NCBI GenBank assembly: GCA_048885925.1
Contig: JBHLLG010000001.1
Span: 259,105-323,104, forward strand
DNA: 64,000 nucleotides
Source: Candidatus Hermodarchaeota archaeon
GTDB lineage: Archaea; Asgardarchaeota; Lokiarchaeia; Sigyniarchaeales; SOKP01
Direction: 5' to 3'
Part shown: positions 1 to 11,335 of the stretch, piece by piece
How positions within the stretch are numbered: the first letter of the stretch is position 1
Layout: each line of letters begins with the position of its first letter
Position numbers and translations under genes: made by a program
The notes under the pieces: model-generated
Told to the model about the DNA's origin: nothing
Seen by the model: the letters and a program-made list of their open reading frames with translations, nothing else
Databases searched by the model: none

Positions 1-1
1 A

Positions 2-430
2 CGATTAAAAGAATATATAACTATTCCACTGGTTGGAAATGGTGATATTATTAGTCCAAAAAGTGCAAAATATTTTGTTGATTATACTAAAGTTGATGCT
101 TTAATGATAGGGAGAGAATCGATGGGGAATCCAGAAATTTTCAATCAACTCCACCACTATTTTACAAAAGGCAAAGAGATATTATTTAAAAAAGATTTTG
201 ATTTATTTGAAAAATATTTTGAGATTTATGAAGAAATTATTAATGATTTTCTTAACGGAATTCCACATCCATTTGGCAATGAAGATATTAAATTTATTGA
301 ATTGAAGCGGAATGCCATATGGTTAACTAAAAATATTAAGAACTCTAGAAACATAAGATTTGAATTAAGTAGAGCAAATAATCTTGCCCAAATCAAGAAT
401 ATAATAAAAAAAATCACAGGATATAATTAA
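2..430 (+). CDS. dus: tRNA-dihydrouridine synthase family protein, C-terminal part (5' end outside window)
   Basis: Frame open from position 2: IPLVGNGDI...VDALMIGR, typical Dus FMN-binding motifs. Confidence 0.85.
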   Translation, partial: RLKEYITIPLVGNGDIISPKSAKYFVDYTKVDALMIGRESMGNPEIFNQLHHYFTKGKEILFKKDFDLFEKYFEIYEEIINDFLNGIPHPFGNEDIKFIELKRNAIWLTKNIKNSRNIRFELSRANNLAQIKNIIKKITGYN

Positions 431-453
431 AAAACTAGATTTATTTAAGAATT

Positions 454-1473
454 TTATTTATATTTTTTTAAAAGCTCCTCTGGAGTATAAACTCCATCTT
501 CAGTAAGTATACCTGTTACTAACCTAAATGGGGTAATATCGAAAGCATAATTTAAACAATCAACTCCATCAGGAACAATTTGAACTTTTCCTAATATAGT
601 ACTAACTTCTGTACTATCTCTCTGTTCAATTATAACATCATCAATAGTTTCATGAAGAGATAATGTGGAGGTAGGAGCCGCGACGTAAAAAGGAATATTA
701 TTATCTTTTGCTGCTAAGGCAACCAAATAAGTTCCAATTTTATTAAATACGGCATCTGAAGTCACTCTATCAGTTCCAACAATTACCTTATTTATTTTCC
801 CAAGTCTCATTAATAATCCAGATGATGTATCTGAAATTACTTTTACTGGAATTTTATCATATTTTAATTCATATGCGGTTAATCTAGCTCCTTGTAATCT
901 AGGTCTAGTTTCATCTGCAATTACTTCAATTTTTTTCCCTTGTTCTATTGCTGTTCTCACAGGAGCTAAAGCAGTGCCATATTGAACAGTTGCAAGTGAT
1001 CCAGCATTACAATGAGTTAAAACTACATCCCCATCATTCAACAATGCTGCTCCATTTCTACCGATACTTTTATTAACATTAATATCTTCTTGAGCCATTA
1101 GTTTAGCCTCTTCAATAACAAGCTCCGATAAATTAGTAGGTTGATCAGGATAATCTTTAATTATTTTCCAAATTCGATCAACAGCCCAAAATAAATTAGA
1201 TGCTGTAGGTCTAGTATTTCTAATTAATTTCGCAGCATCCTCCATTTTTTCAAGGAAATCCTCCTTCTGCAATCCTTTATATTCGATTGTAGCTAAAGCC
1301 ATGCCCATTGCTGCTGCTACACCGATTGCAGGAGCACCACGGATATTCATTACTTTAATCGCTGTTGCTACATCCCTAAAATCATCAAACTCAAGAAACT
1401 CAAGATTATATGGAAGTTTAGTTTGATCAATCATTTTTACCTTATTATTGAAGAATTCTATAGAAGGAATCAT
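454..1473 (-). CDS. mtnA: S-methyl-5-thioribose-1-phosphate isomerase (eIF2B-like)
   Basis: IDQTKLP, RGAPAIG, TRPTASNL, LTHCNAGSLAT, ETRPRLQGARLT, NKIGTY motifs. Confidence 0.95.
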   Translation of the reverse strand: MIPSIEFFNNKVKMIDQTKLPYNLEFLEFDDFRDVATAIKVMNIRGAPAIGVAAAMGMALATIEYKGLQKEDFLEKMEDAAKLIRNTRPTASNLFWAVDRIWKIIKDYPDQPTNLSELVIEEAKLMAQEDINVNKSIGRNGAALLNDGDVVLTHCNAGSLATVQYGTALAPVRTAIEQGKKIEVIADETRPRLQGARLTAYELKYDKIPVKVISDTSSGLLMRLGKINKVIVGTDRVTSDAVFNKIGTYLVALAAKDNNIPFYVAAPTSTLSLHETIDDVIIEQRDSTEVSTILGKVQIVPDGVDCLNYAFDITPFRLVTGILTEDGVYTPEELLKKYK

Positions 1474-1556
1474 GACTATATGTAATATTGTAAACTTTAA
1501 ATAATTAATAAAAAGTAAATATGACCAATCAAAACTAAATTTTAACTACTTTTTTT

Positions 1557-1946
1557 TTAGTCATCAATCACGCAATCAGCTTCAATTTCAACTAACCACT
1601 CAGGATCGACAAAGCTACTCACTTCTAAAAATGTGCAAGCTGGTCTGATATTGGAAAAGTATTCTCCATGTGCTTGAGCTGCTTCTTTCCATTTAGAAAT
1701 ATCAATTAACATTATTCTGGTACGAATAACATTCATAAGATTGCCTCCTGCATCTTCAATTGCTTTCTTTATAATATTTAAACAGTGTTTTGTTTGTCTA
1801 TACAGATCAGATGGGTAAGCTGTTGAACCATCTAAAGCAATTGGTGCAGTTCCTGACACAGAAATAATATTATTAATTCTTACTGCTCTTGAGAAGCCAA
1901 TATGCTCTTCATATGGAGATCCTGAAGAAATATTTTTTCTTACCAT
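1557..1946 (-). CDS. RidA/YjgF family protein
   Basis: GFSRAVR, VSGT, RPACT, LVEIEAD. Confidence 0.9.
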   Translation of the reverse strand: MVRKNISSGSPYEEHIGFSRAVRINNIISVSGTAPIALDGSTAYPSDLYRQTKHCLNIIKKAIEDAGGNLMNVIRTRIMLIDISKWKEAAQAHGEYFSNIRPACTFLEVSSFVDPEWLVEIEADCVIDD

Positions 1947-2071
1947 GAATCTCTATAATAAATTAATCCTTAAAAAATAAACTTTGAATGGGTTAATTAA
2001 TTGATTTGTAAATTAAAAGAAAAAAGGATATAATTCAAGTATTTTTATGTGCATCAGATAAAAAAAGTCAT

Positions 2072-4573
2072 TTGAAAATAAGAATGATTATAGAAAATAA
2101 TTTAATTAGAATAACTATCGAAGAAAATCAGAATTTTACATCAGAAAGAGTTGAAATAAAGGATAAAGATAACATTATTCCTGTACTTGCTAGTGATGAT
2201 GGATATAGTACTTTATGCTACTGGACCAAAAATGAAAGAAAAACAAAATTCCTTTCATATCGTAAAAGCACTAAAAAAAAATTATATTACCAACTTAATG
2301 ATAATGATTTTCAATTAGATTTAGATTATTGCTTAGAAGAGAATAACATTATTCACATTAGATACAAATTATTTAATAAAAATCCAATACAATTATCAAA
2401 ACTACTTGTAAATTATTCTATTTTATTAGAAAAAGATCCAGATTTTACTTGGGTTCCGCATCATTGTCCTGGAGAAGATTTTGTTATTGGAGACCACGTA
2501 TTTCGCTCACCTGTAATAATTTACAAAAAAAATAAATATACCTTTGCATTCATTCCCGATTTGAAAACCCTTAGAAATAACCACCCATTTCAATCTTTTA
2601 TTAATTTCAATTTAAAACCTTATGATATAGATAAGAAACCTCAATTATCTTATGGATTTGGAAATTATAAACCAGTTAAACATAAACTCTTCAAACACGA
2701 TCCATTAAGAGAATGGTATATTGAGCCGAATACAGATTTAACTTTTCGTTTTTATATAATTATCTTTATTGATAAAGATATCGATGACATTCTACATATC
2801 ATTAATAACTTCTTTTGGGAGAAATATGGTAAGAAATATATTAATGAAAGTTTAAATCCTCAGATTTTACCATATGAAAAGAATGTTCAAGAAGGGTATG
2901 CCGCCATTTTTGAACGTCATAAAGTTTGGGGAGATTTTAAGATAAGTAATATAGATTGTGGAGGCATTTGGTTTAGATCATGGGCTGGAAAAAAGAAAAA
3001 AGCTATTGAATACATAAAACCTGAGTATTTAGATGATTTTCGAAAAAATAGTACATCTGGAATGCCTAGTATACAATCTAAAACTATTGATATGGTGAAT
3101 GAATTAACATATGACCCAGAAAAGGTTAAGTGGTTTGATAGCTTTACACGTAAAAGAGCATATATTCCAAGGACTGCAGAAATTTGGAATAATGCATTTT
3201 TTCTCAATGTTAGGACAGGTTTTGGTTTAGTTTTTTTTGGAAAGTTATGGAGTAATAATGAATTGATTGAAAGAGGAACCAGAACTTTAAATACAATACT
3301 AAAATTATCTCGAATTAGGGGTCTATTCCCAAGTGTAATTTTTCCTTCCTCACCGAATTCTGAAGTAATTTCTACTATTAATGGGCTTAAAGCATTTGGT
3401 TATACAGATGATTTTCATGTAGTTGATTCATGTTTAGCAATGTATTGGGCACTTAAATACTATGAAGATCTCGAAAAGAATGAAGAAATCCTTGCGAAAT
3501 GTAAAATGTTAGTAGATCTTTTAGAGAAAATACAACAAATAAGTGGTGAAATTCCAACTTTCATAAATTTTAAGGAAAACAATGAACAAGTTGTTATTAG
3601 AGATTTATTAATTGATTCAGCTAGTTCTGGAGCTTCACTAATGTTTTTAACAGAATATTATAAAATTTCAAGAGATTTAAAGAGTTTCTCAATTGCTAAG
3701 AAAATTGCTAAATTCATCAAGAAAAAAATTGTCCCATCAAACAAATGGCAGGATTTCGAACCTTACTTTAGCTGTAGCCAATTGCTCTTAGACACGTATG
3801 ATCATTATACAAAAAGCCATATTATGAATACTTTGAGTATCTATTGGTCCGCTGAGGGTTTTAAAGAACTTTTCAAGATTACAAATAGTGTAGATTATCT
3901 AAAAATTGGTGAATATGTATTAGCGATATTATCATTGTTTCAACAAGTATGGGACATGCCCTATATTAGCATTAATACATTTGGAGGATTTGGAGTTCAA
4001 AATTCAGATGCCGAGTTGAATGATGCTCGACAGGCTTTATTTGTTCGCACCTATATGGAATATTATCTATTAACTGGTAAAAAAGAATATATGGAAAGAG
4101 GTATTGCAGCATTAAGGGCATCTTGGGTTTTACAATTATTAAAAGATTATGAAGATTTATGCCCTGGTAATATACAAGGAATTGATACTATTGACGGCAT
4201 AGATAAAGGTGTGGTATATGAGAATTATGGTCATACTGGAAGTGATTTTAGAACCCCTGGATTAGCTCCATTTAATTGGGGGGTGGGTACAGCTGCTACT
4301 GCTACTGCATATGTAAAGAAACATTTTGGAGACTTATTCATAGATTTTAAGGAAAAATCTATTTGGGGTATTGACGGTATATTAATAAAACAATTTCAGT
4401 TTTTAGGAGAAAAAATTAAAGTAGAGTATTACATAATTCCTGAGAAAAAGAATTTTCTCATCAAGGCTAGAGAAGCTCCCTATTATCCAATAGAAATTAT
4501 ATTAAATGAAAAATCTATTGGTATATACAATAAAAAAGCTTTAGAGGAAGGATTCAAACAATATTTTGATTAG
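2072..4573 (+). CDS. Large hypothetical protein, C-terminal (alpha/alpha) barrel, glycoside hydrolase-like
   Basis: 833 aa ORF with helical repeats such as YYLLTGKKEYMERGIAAL and LFKITNSVDYLKIG. Confidence 0.55.
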   Translation: MKIRMIIENNLIRITIEENQNFTSERVEIKDKDNIIPVLASDDGYSTLCYWTKNERKTKFLSYRKSTKKKLYYQLNDNDFQLDLDYCLEENNIIHIRYKLFNKNPIQLSKLLVNYSILLEKDPDFTWVPHHCPGEDFVIGDHVFRSPVIIYKKNKYTFAFIPDLKTLRNNHPFQSFINFNLKPYDIDKKPQLSYGFGNYKPVKHKLFKHDPLREWYIEPNTDLTFRFYIIIFIDKDIDDILHIINNFFWEKYGKKYINESLNPQILPYEKNVQEGYAAIFERHKVWGDFKISNIDCGGIWFRSWAGKKKKAIEYIKPEYLDDFRKNSTSGMPSIQSKTIDMVNELTYDPEKVKWFDSFTRKRAYIPRTAEIWNNAFFLNVRTGFGLVFFGKLWSNNELIERGTRTLNTILKLSRIRGLFPSVIFPSSPNSEVISTINGLKAFGYTDDFHVVDSCLAMYWALKYYEDLEKNEEILAKCKMLVDLLEKIQQISGEIPTFINFKENNEQVVIRDLLIDSASSGASLMFLTEYYKISRDLKSFSIAKKIAKFIKKKIVPSNKWQDFEPYFSCSQLLLDTYDHYTKSHIMNTLSIYWSAEGFKELFKITNSVDYLKIGEYVLAILSLFQQVWDMPYISINTFGGFGVQNSDAELNDARQALFVRTYMEYYLLTGKKEYMERGIAALRASWVLQLLKDYEDLCPGNIQGIDTIDGIDKGVVYENYGHTGSDFRTPGLAPFNWGVGTAATATAYVKKHFGDLFIDFKEKSIWGIDGILIKQFQFLGEKIKVEYYIIPEKKNFLIKAREAPYYPIEIILNEKSIGIYNKKALEEGFKQYFD

Positions 4574-5444
4574 ATTTATGAATATATTAAAATCCCCCAT
4601 AATATCTTGTAGTCGGAGGACAGATATACCTGCATTTTTAATGAATTGGGTTATTCAACAAATTAAAATTGGGTACGTCGATGTGGTAAATCCTTTTAAT
4701 CGAAGCCAAATAACTCGTATTTCATTAAAACCAGACGATGTTAAATGTTGGGTATGGTGGTCAAAAGATTTTGGAAATTGGATAGAAGTTTATAATCAAC
4801 ATATTGATTTATTTAAATTATATAGAGGGCATTATTTTCAATTTACAATAAATTCACCTTCAGAGTTAGAAAAAGGTATTAATATCTCTTTAGAAGATAG
4901 ATTCAAACAATTAGAGTGGTTAATAAAAGAATTTGGAACATTAGCAGTAAATTACAGGTTTGATCCAATAATTTTGTATAAAAAGTATGATTCAAATCAA
5001 TTGAAAAGTAATTTAAGTAAATTTGAATATATTATTGAATATGTATCATCGCTGGGGTTGAAAGAAATGATATTTTCTTTTGCTACAATTTATCCAAAAG
5101 TAAAGACTAGGATGAGAGCTAGGGATTATATACCTATAGATGCTTCAATAAAGAAAAAAAAAGAAATCCTTGTTAAATTATTTGAGATCTGCCAGCAAAA
5201 TAACATGAAAATGAAGGCATGCTGTCAACCAGACTTACTTGGATTAAATGATATTGAACAAGCACATTGTATTGATGCTAATAAAATTGAAAAGATTGTT
5301 GGGGAACCAATTCCTAAAGTTTTGGATAGCGGGCAACGAAAAGATTGTGGATGCTTTAAATCGAAAGATATTGGAGGTTATTCCGGAATCTTTCGTTGTA
5401 AACATAATTGTGATTATTGTTATGCTTCCCCTGCTAAAAGATGA
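4566..5444 (+). CDS. DUF1848 family protein (C-terminal Cys cluster); ATG at 4578 is the likely start
   Basis: IISCSRRTDIPAF, RFDPI, GQRKDCGC..SKDIG, CKHNCDYCYA. Confidence 0.9.
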   Translation: MIRFMNILKSPIISCSRRTDIPAFLMNWVIQQIKIGYVDVVNPFNRSQITRISLKPDDVKCWVWWSKDFGNWIEVYNQHIDLFKLYRGHYFQFTINSPSELEKGINISLEDRFKQLEWLIKEFGTLAVNYRFDPIILYKKYDSNQLKSNLSKFEYIIEYVSSLGLKEMIFSFATIYPKVKTRMRARDYIPIDASIKKKKEILVKLFEICQQNNMKMKACCQPDLLGLNDIEQAHCIDANKIEKIVGEPIPKVLDSGQRKDCGCFKSKDIGGYSGIFRCKHNCDYCYASPAKR

Positions 5445-5462
5445 CAAATTGTATTCTAATTT

Positions 5463-5912
5463 CTATGTATCCTTGAAATATTTATGTAATTCTATAAATG
5501 ATGGAACTACTCCAAGTTCAGTTAAAATATCATAAAAACAAAAAGCGCCCCATCGATCAATAATTTTACGTTCAGAATTCAGATATAAAATTGTAGCACC
5601 TTCAAATGATACTTCTTTCTTGGTTGGTTCAAATCCCCATGCTTTTCCTAGATGAGTACCATATCCTTTATAACGAATCCATACTTTATTTTCTTCTCCG
5701 ACTATATCAACCACTTCATATTTTAAATTAGGAAAGATACTTCGAAAATAAGTGATTTCATGTTTTACTTGAGCAGGTCCACTTTTAGGGATAGAAATCC
5801 AATTTGGTTTGTATAAAGGATCTACTATTTCATCCGCAAGTGTTAGATCTGGCTTACTCCACATCTCTTCAAACCATAATTTTCCAATTTTTTCAGTTTC
5901 TTCAATGTTCAT
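5463..5912 (-). CDS. SnoaL-like ester cyclase (NTF2 fold)
   Basis: FPNLKYEVVDIVGEENKVWIRY, GTHLG, PTKKEV. Confidence 0.85.
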   Translation of the reverse strand: MNIEETEKIGKLWFEEMWSKPDLTLADEIVDPLYKPNWISIPKSGPAQVKHEITYFRSIFPNLKYEVVDIVGEENKVWIRYKGYGTHLGKAWGFEPTKKEVSFEGATILYLNSERKIIDRWGAFCFYDILTELGVVPSFIELHKYFKDT

Positions 5913-6087
5913 TTTATAATTTTTAAAATTTAATCTATAAAATAAAAGATATAATTATACATTTTAATAAAATCAAATATTTTGAATATTTAAGAAAACG
6001 CCAAAATAGATGTAAATATAAAATAGTTCGTTTTATATATTACATGGATAGAATATTTTAGTTTTTAATCAATATTGAGGTAATGCA

Positions 6088-6966
6088 ATGCCAAAATGTA
6101 AATTTTATATAGTAGATGTATTTGCTGAAAGAAAATATGAAGGGAATCAGTTAGCTGTATTTATATGTGAAAATGATCTTTCTGATTCAGAAATGCAGAA
6201 AATAGCAAAAGAAATGAACTATTCAGAAACAACTTTTATTACATCACCAAAAAATTATGATGTTCGGATTTTTACTCCAGAAGTAGAATTACCCTTTGCA
6301 GGTCATCCTACTATAGGAACTGCTTTTGTTATTCAACAAGAAATAGTCAAAGGAAATGTGAAAACTATGCTTCTTAACCTTAAAATCGGTCCAATCCCGG
6401 TATTGTTTAAATACAAATCTGGAAATCCTGATATAATATGGATGGAGCAAAATCCACCAACTTTTGGCAGGTTTTTCGATACAGAGCTAGTTACGCAAAT
6501 TCTTAATCTCAAAGAAAAAGATATTGATGCAAGGTTTCCAATTCAAGAAGTTTCAACCGGAGGATATTTCATGATTGTTCCATTGAGAACTTTGGATGCT
6601 TTAAAACGAGTTAAAGTAAATGTCGATAAATGTCTTGATCTTATGGATAAGATTGAATCAAAATCTATATTAGTTTTTTGTCCTGAAGCACGAATCAAAG
6701 GAAATAATTTGAGTGTACGTGTTTTTGCACATTATCATGGGATACCAGAAGATCCAGCAACAGGATCTGGTAATGGTTGTTTAGCGGCATATCTAGTAAA
6801 GCATAAATATTTCATTAAAAATCGTATAGATATTAGAGTTGAGCAAGGTCACGAAGTCGGTCGTCCATCGCTACTTTACTTGAGATCAGAAGAGAATGAT
6901 AGCGGACAAATCAGTGTTTCTGTTGGAGGTAAAGTATTTTTTTCAGCTAAAGGAGAATTAGTATAA
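6088..6966 (+). CDS. phzF: PhzF family isomerase
   Basis: VDVF..GNQLAV, NYSETTF, ELPFAGHPT, EDPATGS. Confidence 0.9.
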   Translation: MPKCKFYIVDVFAERKYEGNQLAVFICENDLSDSEMQKIAKEMNYSETTFITSPKNYDVRIFTPEVELPFAGHPTIGTAFVIQQEIVKGNVKTMLLNLKIGPIPVLFKYKSGNPDIIWMEQNPPTFGRFFDTELVTQILNLKEKDIDARFPIQEVSTGGYFMIVPLRTLDALKRVKVNVDKCLDLMDKIESKSILVFCPEARIKGNNLSVRVFAHYHGIPEDPATGSGNGCLAAYLVKHKYFIKNRIDIRVEQGHEVGRPSLLYLRSEENDSGQISVSVGGKVFFSAKGELV

Positions 6967-7003
6967 AGATTATTTTTATAAATACTAAAAATATCAAATT
7001 TTT

Positions 7004-8122
7004 TTAAGCTTTTGTTCTATAAGCATGAACTCTCTTAACCAGTTCATTTACTTCATTAGGATGAGAAAATAGTGCGCATGGAGATCCATTAGTTTCTAAT
7101 AGATTCTCATTTTCCCTTATAATTTTAAATAATTGACTATCTAAACCTTCTCTCAAAGATGATTTGGTTAAATTATGAGTAGCAATATTAGAAACTGGAC
7201 AAGGTGTTAAGTCTCCTAGCGGTGTTATATGAGCAAATCCTCTTCCTGCCGACACACATCCTCCCATATATTCTTCATCTCCGGGTGAATGAACAATGAA
7301 GATTTGTTTCGTTTCTCGATAATTTAATATCATTTCTCTAAATTTATTACTTTCCTCAGTTGTAAGCATTAATTCAGTATCATTTTTTACAGGGATGTAT
7401 TCAAGAAAGAAAGCTAAACGAATACCTTTAAAGATTATCTTATCAATATTTTGTGGATCCATCCAAAAATTAACATTTTTACGGTTAATCGTTACTGAAA
7501 TTCCACTTATAATCCCTTTATTGTCTAACTCATTAATTGTATTTATGATTTTTTCATAAACACCTAAACCTCTACGCTTATCAGTTAATTCTTGGTTTCC
7601 TTCAATACTTACAACTATAACTGTATTTCTTAGTCGTTTTAATTTTTCAATATCGTTATTTTTTAAGATTGTGCCGTTAGTAAAAATTAAAAATAATCTA
7701 TCTTGAAATTCTTCACTAATTTTTAATAGATTTGGCATTAAAAAAGGTTCTCCTCCAGCTATTATAAAAGCAAATACTCCCATTTCACAGGCTTCTTTGA
7801 TTATTTTTATCCATTGATCAATATCCAGAGTTTTTTGTGTTTTTTCAGAACATAACGTGCCTGTAGCTGCCGCATAACAGCCAGCACATTTAAGGTTACA
7901 ATTTGAAGTAATACTTAAAATTAAGAAAGGTGGTACTTTTATCCCTTTAAGAAGTTCTTCTCCTCTTATTCTGCGTGATTTTTTATACGCTTTTGCTAAC
8001 CGCATCATTTTATACATACTTTTTGGATGTTTCAAAATCCATGGCATAAAGACTTTCGCCATCTTTGGATCAACTTTCTTTAAAGTTCGATCTATAACCA
8101 GAGTAGTTTTATTATCCACCAT
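7004..8122 (-). CDS. Radical SAM/SPASM-twitch domain protein
   Basis: CNLKCAGC motif, GGEP, GCVSAGRG..PCP. Confidence 0.9.
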   Translation of the reverse strand: MVDNKTTLVIDRTLKKVDPKMAKVFMPWILKHPKSMYKMMRLAKAYKKSRRIRGEELLKGIKVPPFLILSITSNCNLKCAGCYAAATGTLCSEKTQKTLDIDQWIKIIKEACEMGVFAFIIAGGEPFLMPNLLKISEEFQDRLFLIFTNGTILKNNDIEKLKRLRNTVIVVSIEGNQELTDKRRGLGVYEKIINTINELDNKGIISGISVTINRKNVNFWMDPQNIDKIIFKGIRLAFFLEYIPVKNDTELMLTTEESNKFREMILNYRETKQIFIVHSPGDEEYMGGCVSAGRGFAHITPLGDLTPCPVSNIATHNLTKSSLREGLDSQLFKIIRENENLLETNGSPCALFSHPNEVNELVKRVHAYRTKA

Positions 8123-8463
8123 AATTTCCTTTAACTTTTTGTTTATTCAAATTAAGGAAAAATCAATATAATTTTTAACAAAGAAAAATCTAACTTATAA
8201 CTTTAGTAGTCCAATTTTTAAAAAGAGTAAAATTAATAAAATTTTACCAACATTTATGTCTATTTAATTATTTTTTATGAATAAAAAGTATTATTATTTA
8301 TAGTTTCATTAAACGACCATTCTTCATAAAAATTTTAATATTGGTAAAATAGTAATTTAATGGTGATAATTAGTTTTTAGTTAAGGATAAATTATTTTAA
8401 ATCATTTCTATATTAAATTTTGAATAATTTTAACAATTAGATAGTCATTAAATCCCTTATATT

Positions 8464-9903
8464 ATGGATCTGAAAATCAAATTTGGCTTTTTAACTGTTC
8501 TTGTAATAATTTTTCAGTCATTTTTAAAATTAATTGGGGTCTTAATCACAGGAAGCTTAAGTTTTCTTTCTGAAACTGCTGATACTTTTACAGACATATT
8601 GTTTGTCTCGATTACTTTATACTCTTTATATCATAGTCAAAAACCTGCAGATTATGAACATATGTATGGTCATACGAAAACAGATTCGATAGGAGCTCTG
8701 ATTCAAGGAATTATATTAATGAATATATATGTTTTGTTAATTTATAACGCGTTTTTAGCAATTATTCAAAATAGAATTCAAATCACTGAACCTGGAATAG
8801 GTCTTATTATTTTAATAATCTCATTTTCTGTAAATGTAATTTTCTCAAGGATCCTTATTTTTCAAGGCAAGCGTAGTAAAAGTTTGACCTTAGAAATTCA
8901 AGGTCTTAATTTATTTCAAGATTCTATGAGAGCAATTTTAGTTTTTATTAGTTTTATTTTAGCATATTTTAATTTTATTTTTGTTGATCCTATTTTAAGT
9001 ATTATTCTATCTGTTTGGATAATAAGCGGAGCGGTGAAATTGGCAAGAAATGGTATAAAAGAACTTACTGATACAAATCCTATAAATTTAATTATTATAG
9101 AGGAATTGAGAGAAAAAATTTTTAAATTAGAACATGTTGTTGGTTTGCATAACATAAAAATTAGAACAAGCGGTAAAATATTATTTTTAGAAGTTCATTT
9201 ATCTGTTGAAGATCATATATCCATCGTTCATGCTAATGAAATTATCAAGTCTATAAGAACTCTGAGTAAGAAGATATTTCCATTATATGAAGTTGAGTGT
9301 ATCGTCGAAATGAATCCTATGGCTAGTGAAAAATCAATAGGCGAAGGTATATTAAATTTAATTTTTTCAATGAAGTCAGAATATCCAGAAATTGTAAATT
9401 TCAAAGATCTTAACATTTTCAGTATTGAAAATGAGTACTTCATTTCTCTGATTATTATAGTTGATGATTCTCTTTCACTTGCAAAAGCTCATAAAATATC
9501 TTCTCTTTTTGAAAGTGAAATTAAAAAACAAGCACCACTTATATCAAGAGTTATTACACATATAGAAAGTGAAACTCCCAAAGATACATTAATTCCAAAT
9601 CAGATTAAATGTGCTGATGTAGGACCAGAAATGATACAACAAATAAGTGACTCGGTTGAAAAAGTTATAAGATCACATCCCCAAGTCAAAGGATTTCATG
9701 GGTTAGAATTTTGGGCTACATTAGATTATTGTATCTTAGAAGCTCATATATTTTTTGATGGTTCATTGAATATTTCGCAAATTCATGACTATATATCTGA
9801 ATTAGAAGTCAATATTAGAGAAGAGCTAGGTATTGACAATTTAGATACAATATTTCTTCATTCTGAACCAATCGAAGAACAAAAAGAAGGTATATTCTTT
9901 TAA
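8464..9903 (+). CDS. Cation diffusion facilitator transporter with three tandem C-terminal ZT-dimer domains
   Basis: KPADYEHMYGH; 6 TM segments; repeated ISIVHANEI / LSLAKAHKI / LNISQIHDY ... HxE modules. Confidence 0.85.
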   Translation: MDLKIKFGFLTVLVIIFQSFLKLIGVLITGSLSFLSETADTFTDILFVSITLYSLYHSQKPADYEHMYGHTKTDSIGALIQGIILMNIYVLLIYNAFLAIIQNRIQITEPGIGLIILIISFSVNVIFSRILIFQGKRSKSLTLEIQGLNLFQDSMRAILVFISFILAYFNFIFVDPILSIILSVWIISGAVKLARNGIKELTDTNPINLIIIEELREKIFKLEHVVGLHNIKIRTSGKILFLEVHLSVEDHISIVHANEIIKSIRTLSKKIFPLYEVECIVEMNPMASEKSIGEGILNLIFSMKSEYPEIVNFKDLNIFSIENEYFISLIIIVDDSLSLAKAHKISSLFESEIKKQAPLISRVITHIESETPKDTLIPNQIKCADVGPEMIQQISDSVEKVIRSHPQVKGFHGLEFWATLDYCILEAHIFFDGSLNISQIHDYISELEVNIREELGIDNLDTIFLHSEPIEEQKEGIFF

Positions 9904-9914
9904 TAAATACCCAT

Positions 9915-11075
9915 TTAAAATGGAAAATTATAATTATTTAATCCAAGTTCATTTTGTATGATTTTAATATCATTTTGCAAACTTTTATTTATTGGAATTC
10001 CATTCCTTTTCTTTTCTAACTCATTATAATATTCTTTTTCCCCTGCAGTGTATATTCTTTCTTTTCCTGGTGCTTTCTTAGAACATCTCAATTCTCGCAT
10101 AATATTTCCTGTTATTCTTTTAAATTTTGATACTGGAATGAAATTCTGAACGTTAATAGCTAAAAAGAAATGTCCTACTTTTAATCTTTTTTGACCATTT
10201 TCAATAATTCCTGCTGTATCTTTTAGATATACTCCATCCTGCAACGCTGAAGATAATATCTCAGCAAAGGTAGCATAACCATAACCTTTGTGACCTGAAG
10301 TTTCCTCTCCTTTACCTCCTAATGGTAATAACGCCGCAGAACGATTGATTAATTTATTTAATACTATATTAGGATCAGTTTTTGAATTCCCATTGTTAGA
10401 AATAATTACCCCTTCTGGTAGAGATTTGTGAATACGATTATACACCTCAACCTTACCTCGTTGTATAATTGAAGTAGCAGCATCAATAAGAAACGGAAAA
10501 TCCTCGTCGGTAGGAGCTCCATAGGTTAAAGGATTAGTACCTAACATAGGTTCAATGCCAAAAGTAGGGGGTACAGATGGTCTTGTGTTAGTTGTTACAA
10601 AGCCAATCATTCCTTCCTTTATTGCCATAAGTGAATAATACCCAGCAATTCCAAAGTGAGAACTATTACGAACTGCAACAGCTCCGATACCATATTTTTT
10701 TGCTTTTTGAATTGCTAATTTCATTGCATTATAAGCGATAACATGTCCCATACCACATTTACCATCAATAACTGCTGTTGATTTATTATCAGAAATAATT
10801 TCCAAATCAGTTTTAGGATTATAAATTCCCTCTCTTATTCGATCGTAATACATTTTAAGTCTCTGAATTCCATGAGAATCAATACCCCTTAAATCTGATG
10901 ATATAAGAACATCCGCTATAATTTCGGCATCCTTTTTAGGAACTTTAAGATTAACAAAAACATTTTTTATAAAATCCTTAAGAAGATAAGCATCTAAATA
11001 AAATATTTCATCTGAGGAAGAATTTAATGTACTTTTCGTGTCCTTGTTTACTTTTTCTTTTAATATCTTTTCCAT
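9915..11075 (-). CDS. Ldh_2 family oxidoreductase (malate/L-lactate/sulfolactate dehydrogenase type 2), copy 1
   Basis: SDLRGIDSHG, NSSHFG, GTNP, HKGYG. Confidence 0.9.
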   Translation of the reverse strand: MEKILKEKVNKDTKSTLNSSSDEIFYLDAYLLKDFIKNVFVNLKVPKKDAEIIADVLISSDLRGIDSHGIQRLKMYYDRIREGIYNPKTDLEIISDNKSTAVIDGKCGMGHVIAYNAMKLAIQKAKKYGIGAVAVRNSSHFGIAGYYSLMAIKEGMIGFVTTNTRPSVPPTFGIEPMLGTNPLTYGAPTDEDFPFLIDAATSIIQRGKVEVYNRIHKSLPEGVIISNNGNSKTDPNIVLNKLINRSAALLPLGGKGEETSGHKGYGYATFAEILSSALQDGVYLKDTAGIIENGQKRLKVGHFFLAINVQNFIPVSKFKRITGNIMRELRCSKKAPGKERIYTAGEKEYYNELEKKRNGIPINKSLQNDIKIIQNELGLNNYNFPF

Positions 11076-11335
11076 TATATTAACAAAAAATGTGATAGAA
11101 AAAAATTAGGAACCTTTCTATTTAATTAAAACCCTATTTTAGATAAGGTGAAAGTTAGTGATTTCCATGTTTTATTATTAATTTTTGAGATTTTATTTAA
11201 TAATATTCTATATCAAAAGAAAAATTTAGAATTATAGAAGGGACGAAAATTTTTATGTGAGAGAACTGATTTATAAAATAACGGCAGAAATTTTCTTTAT
11301 TTCAAAATGTTAAAGTCTAGAATTATAATAAAAAA

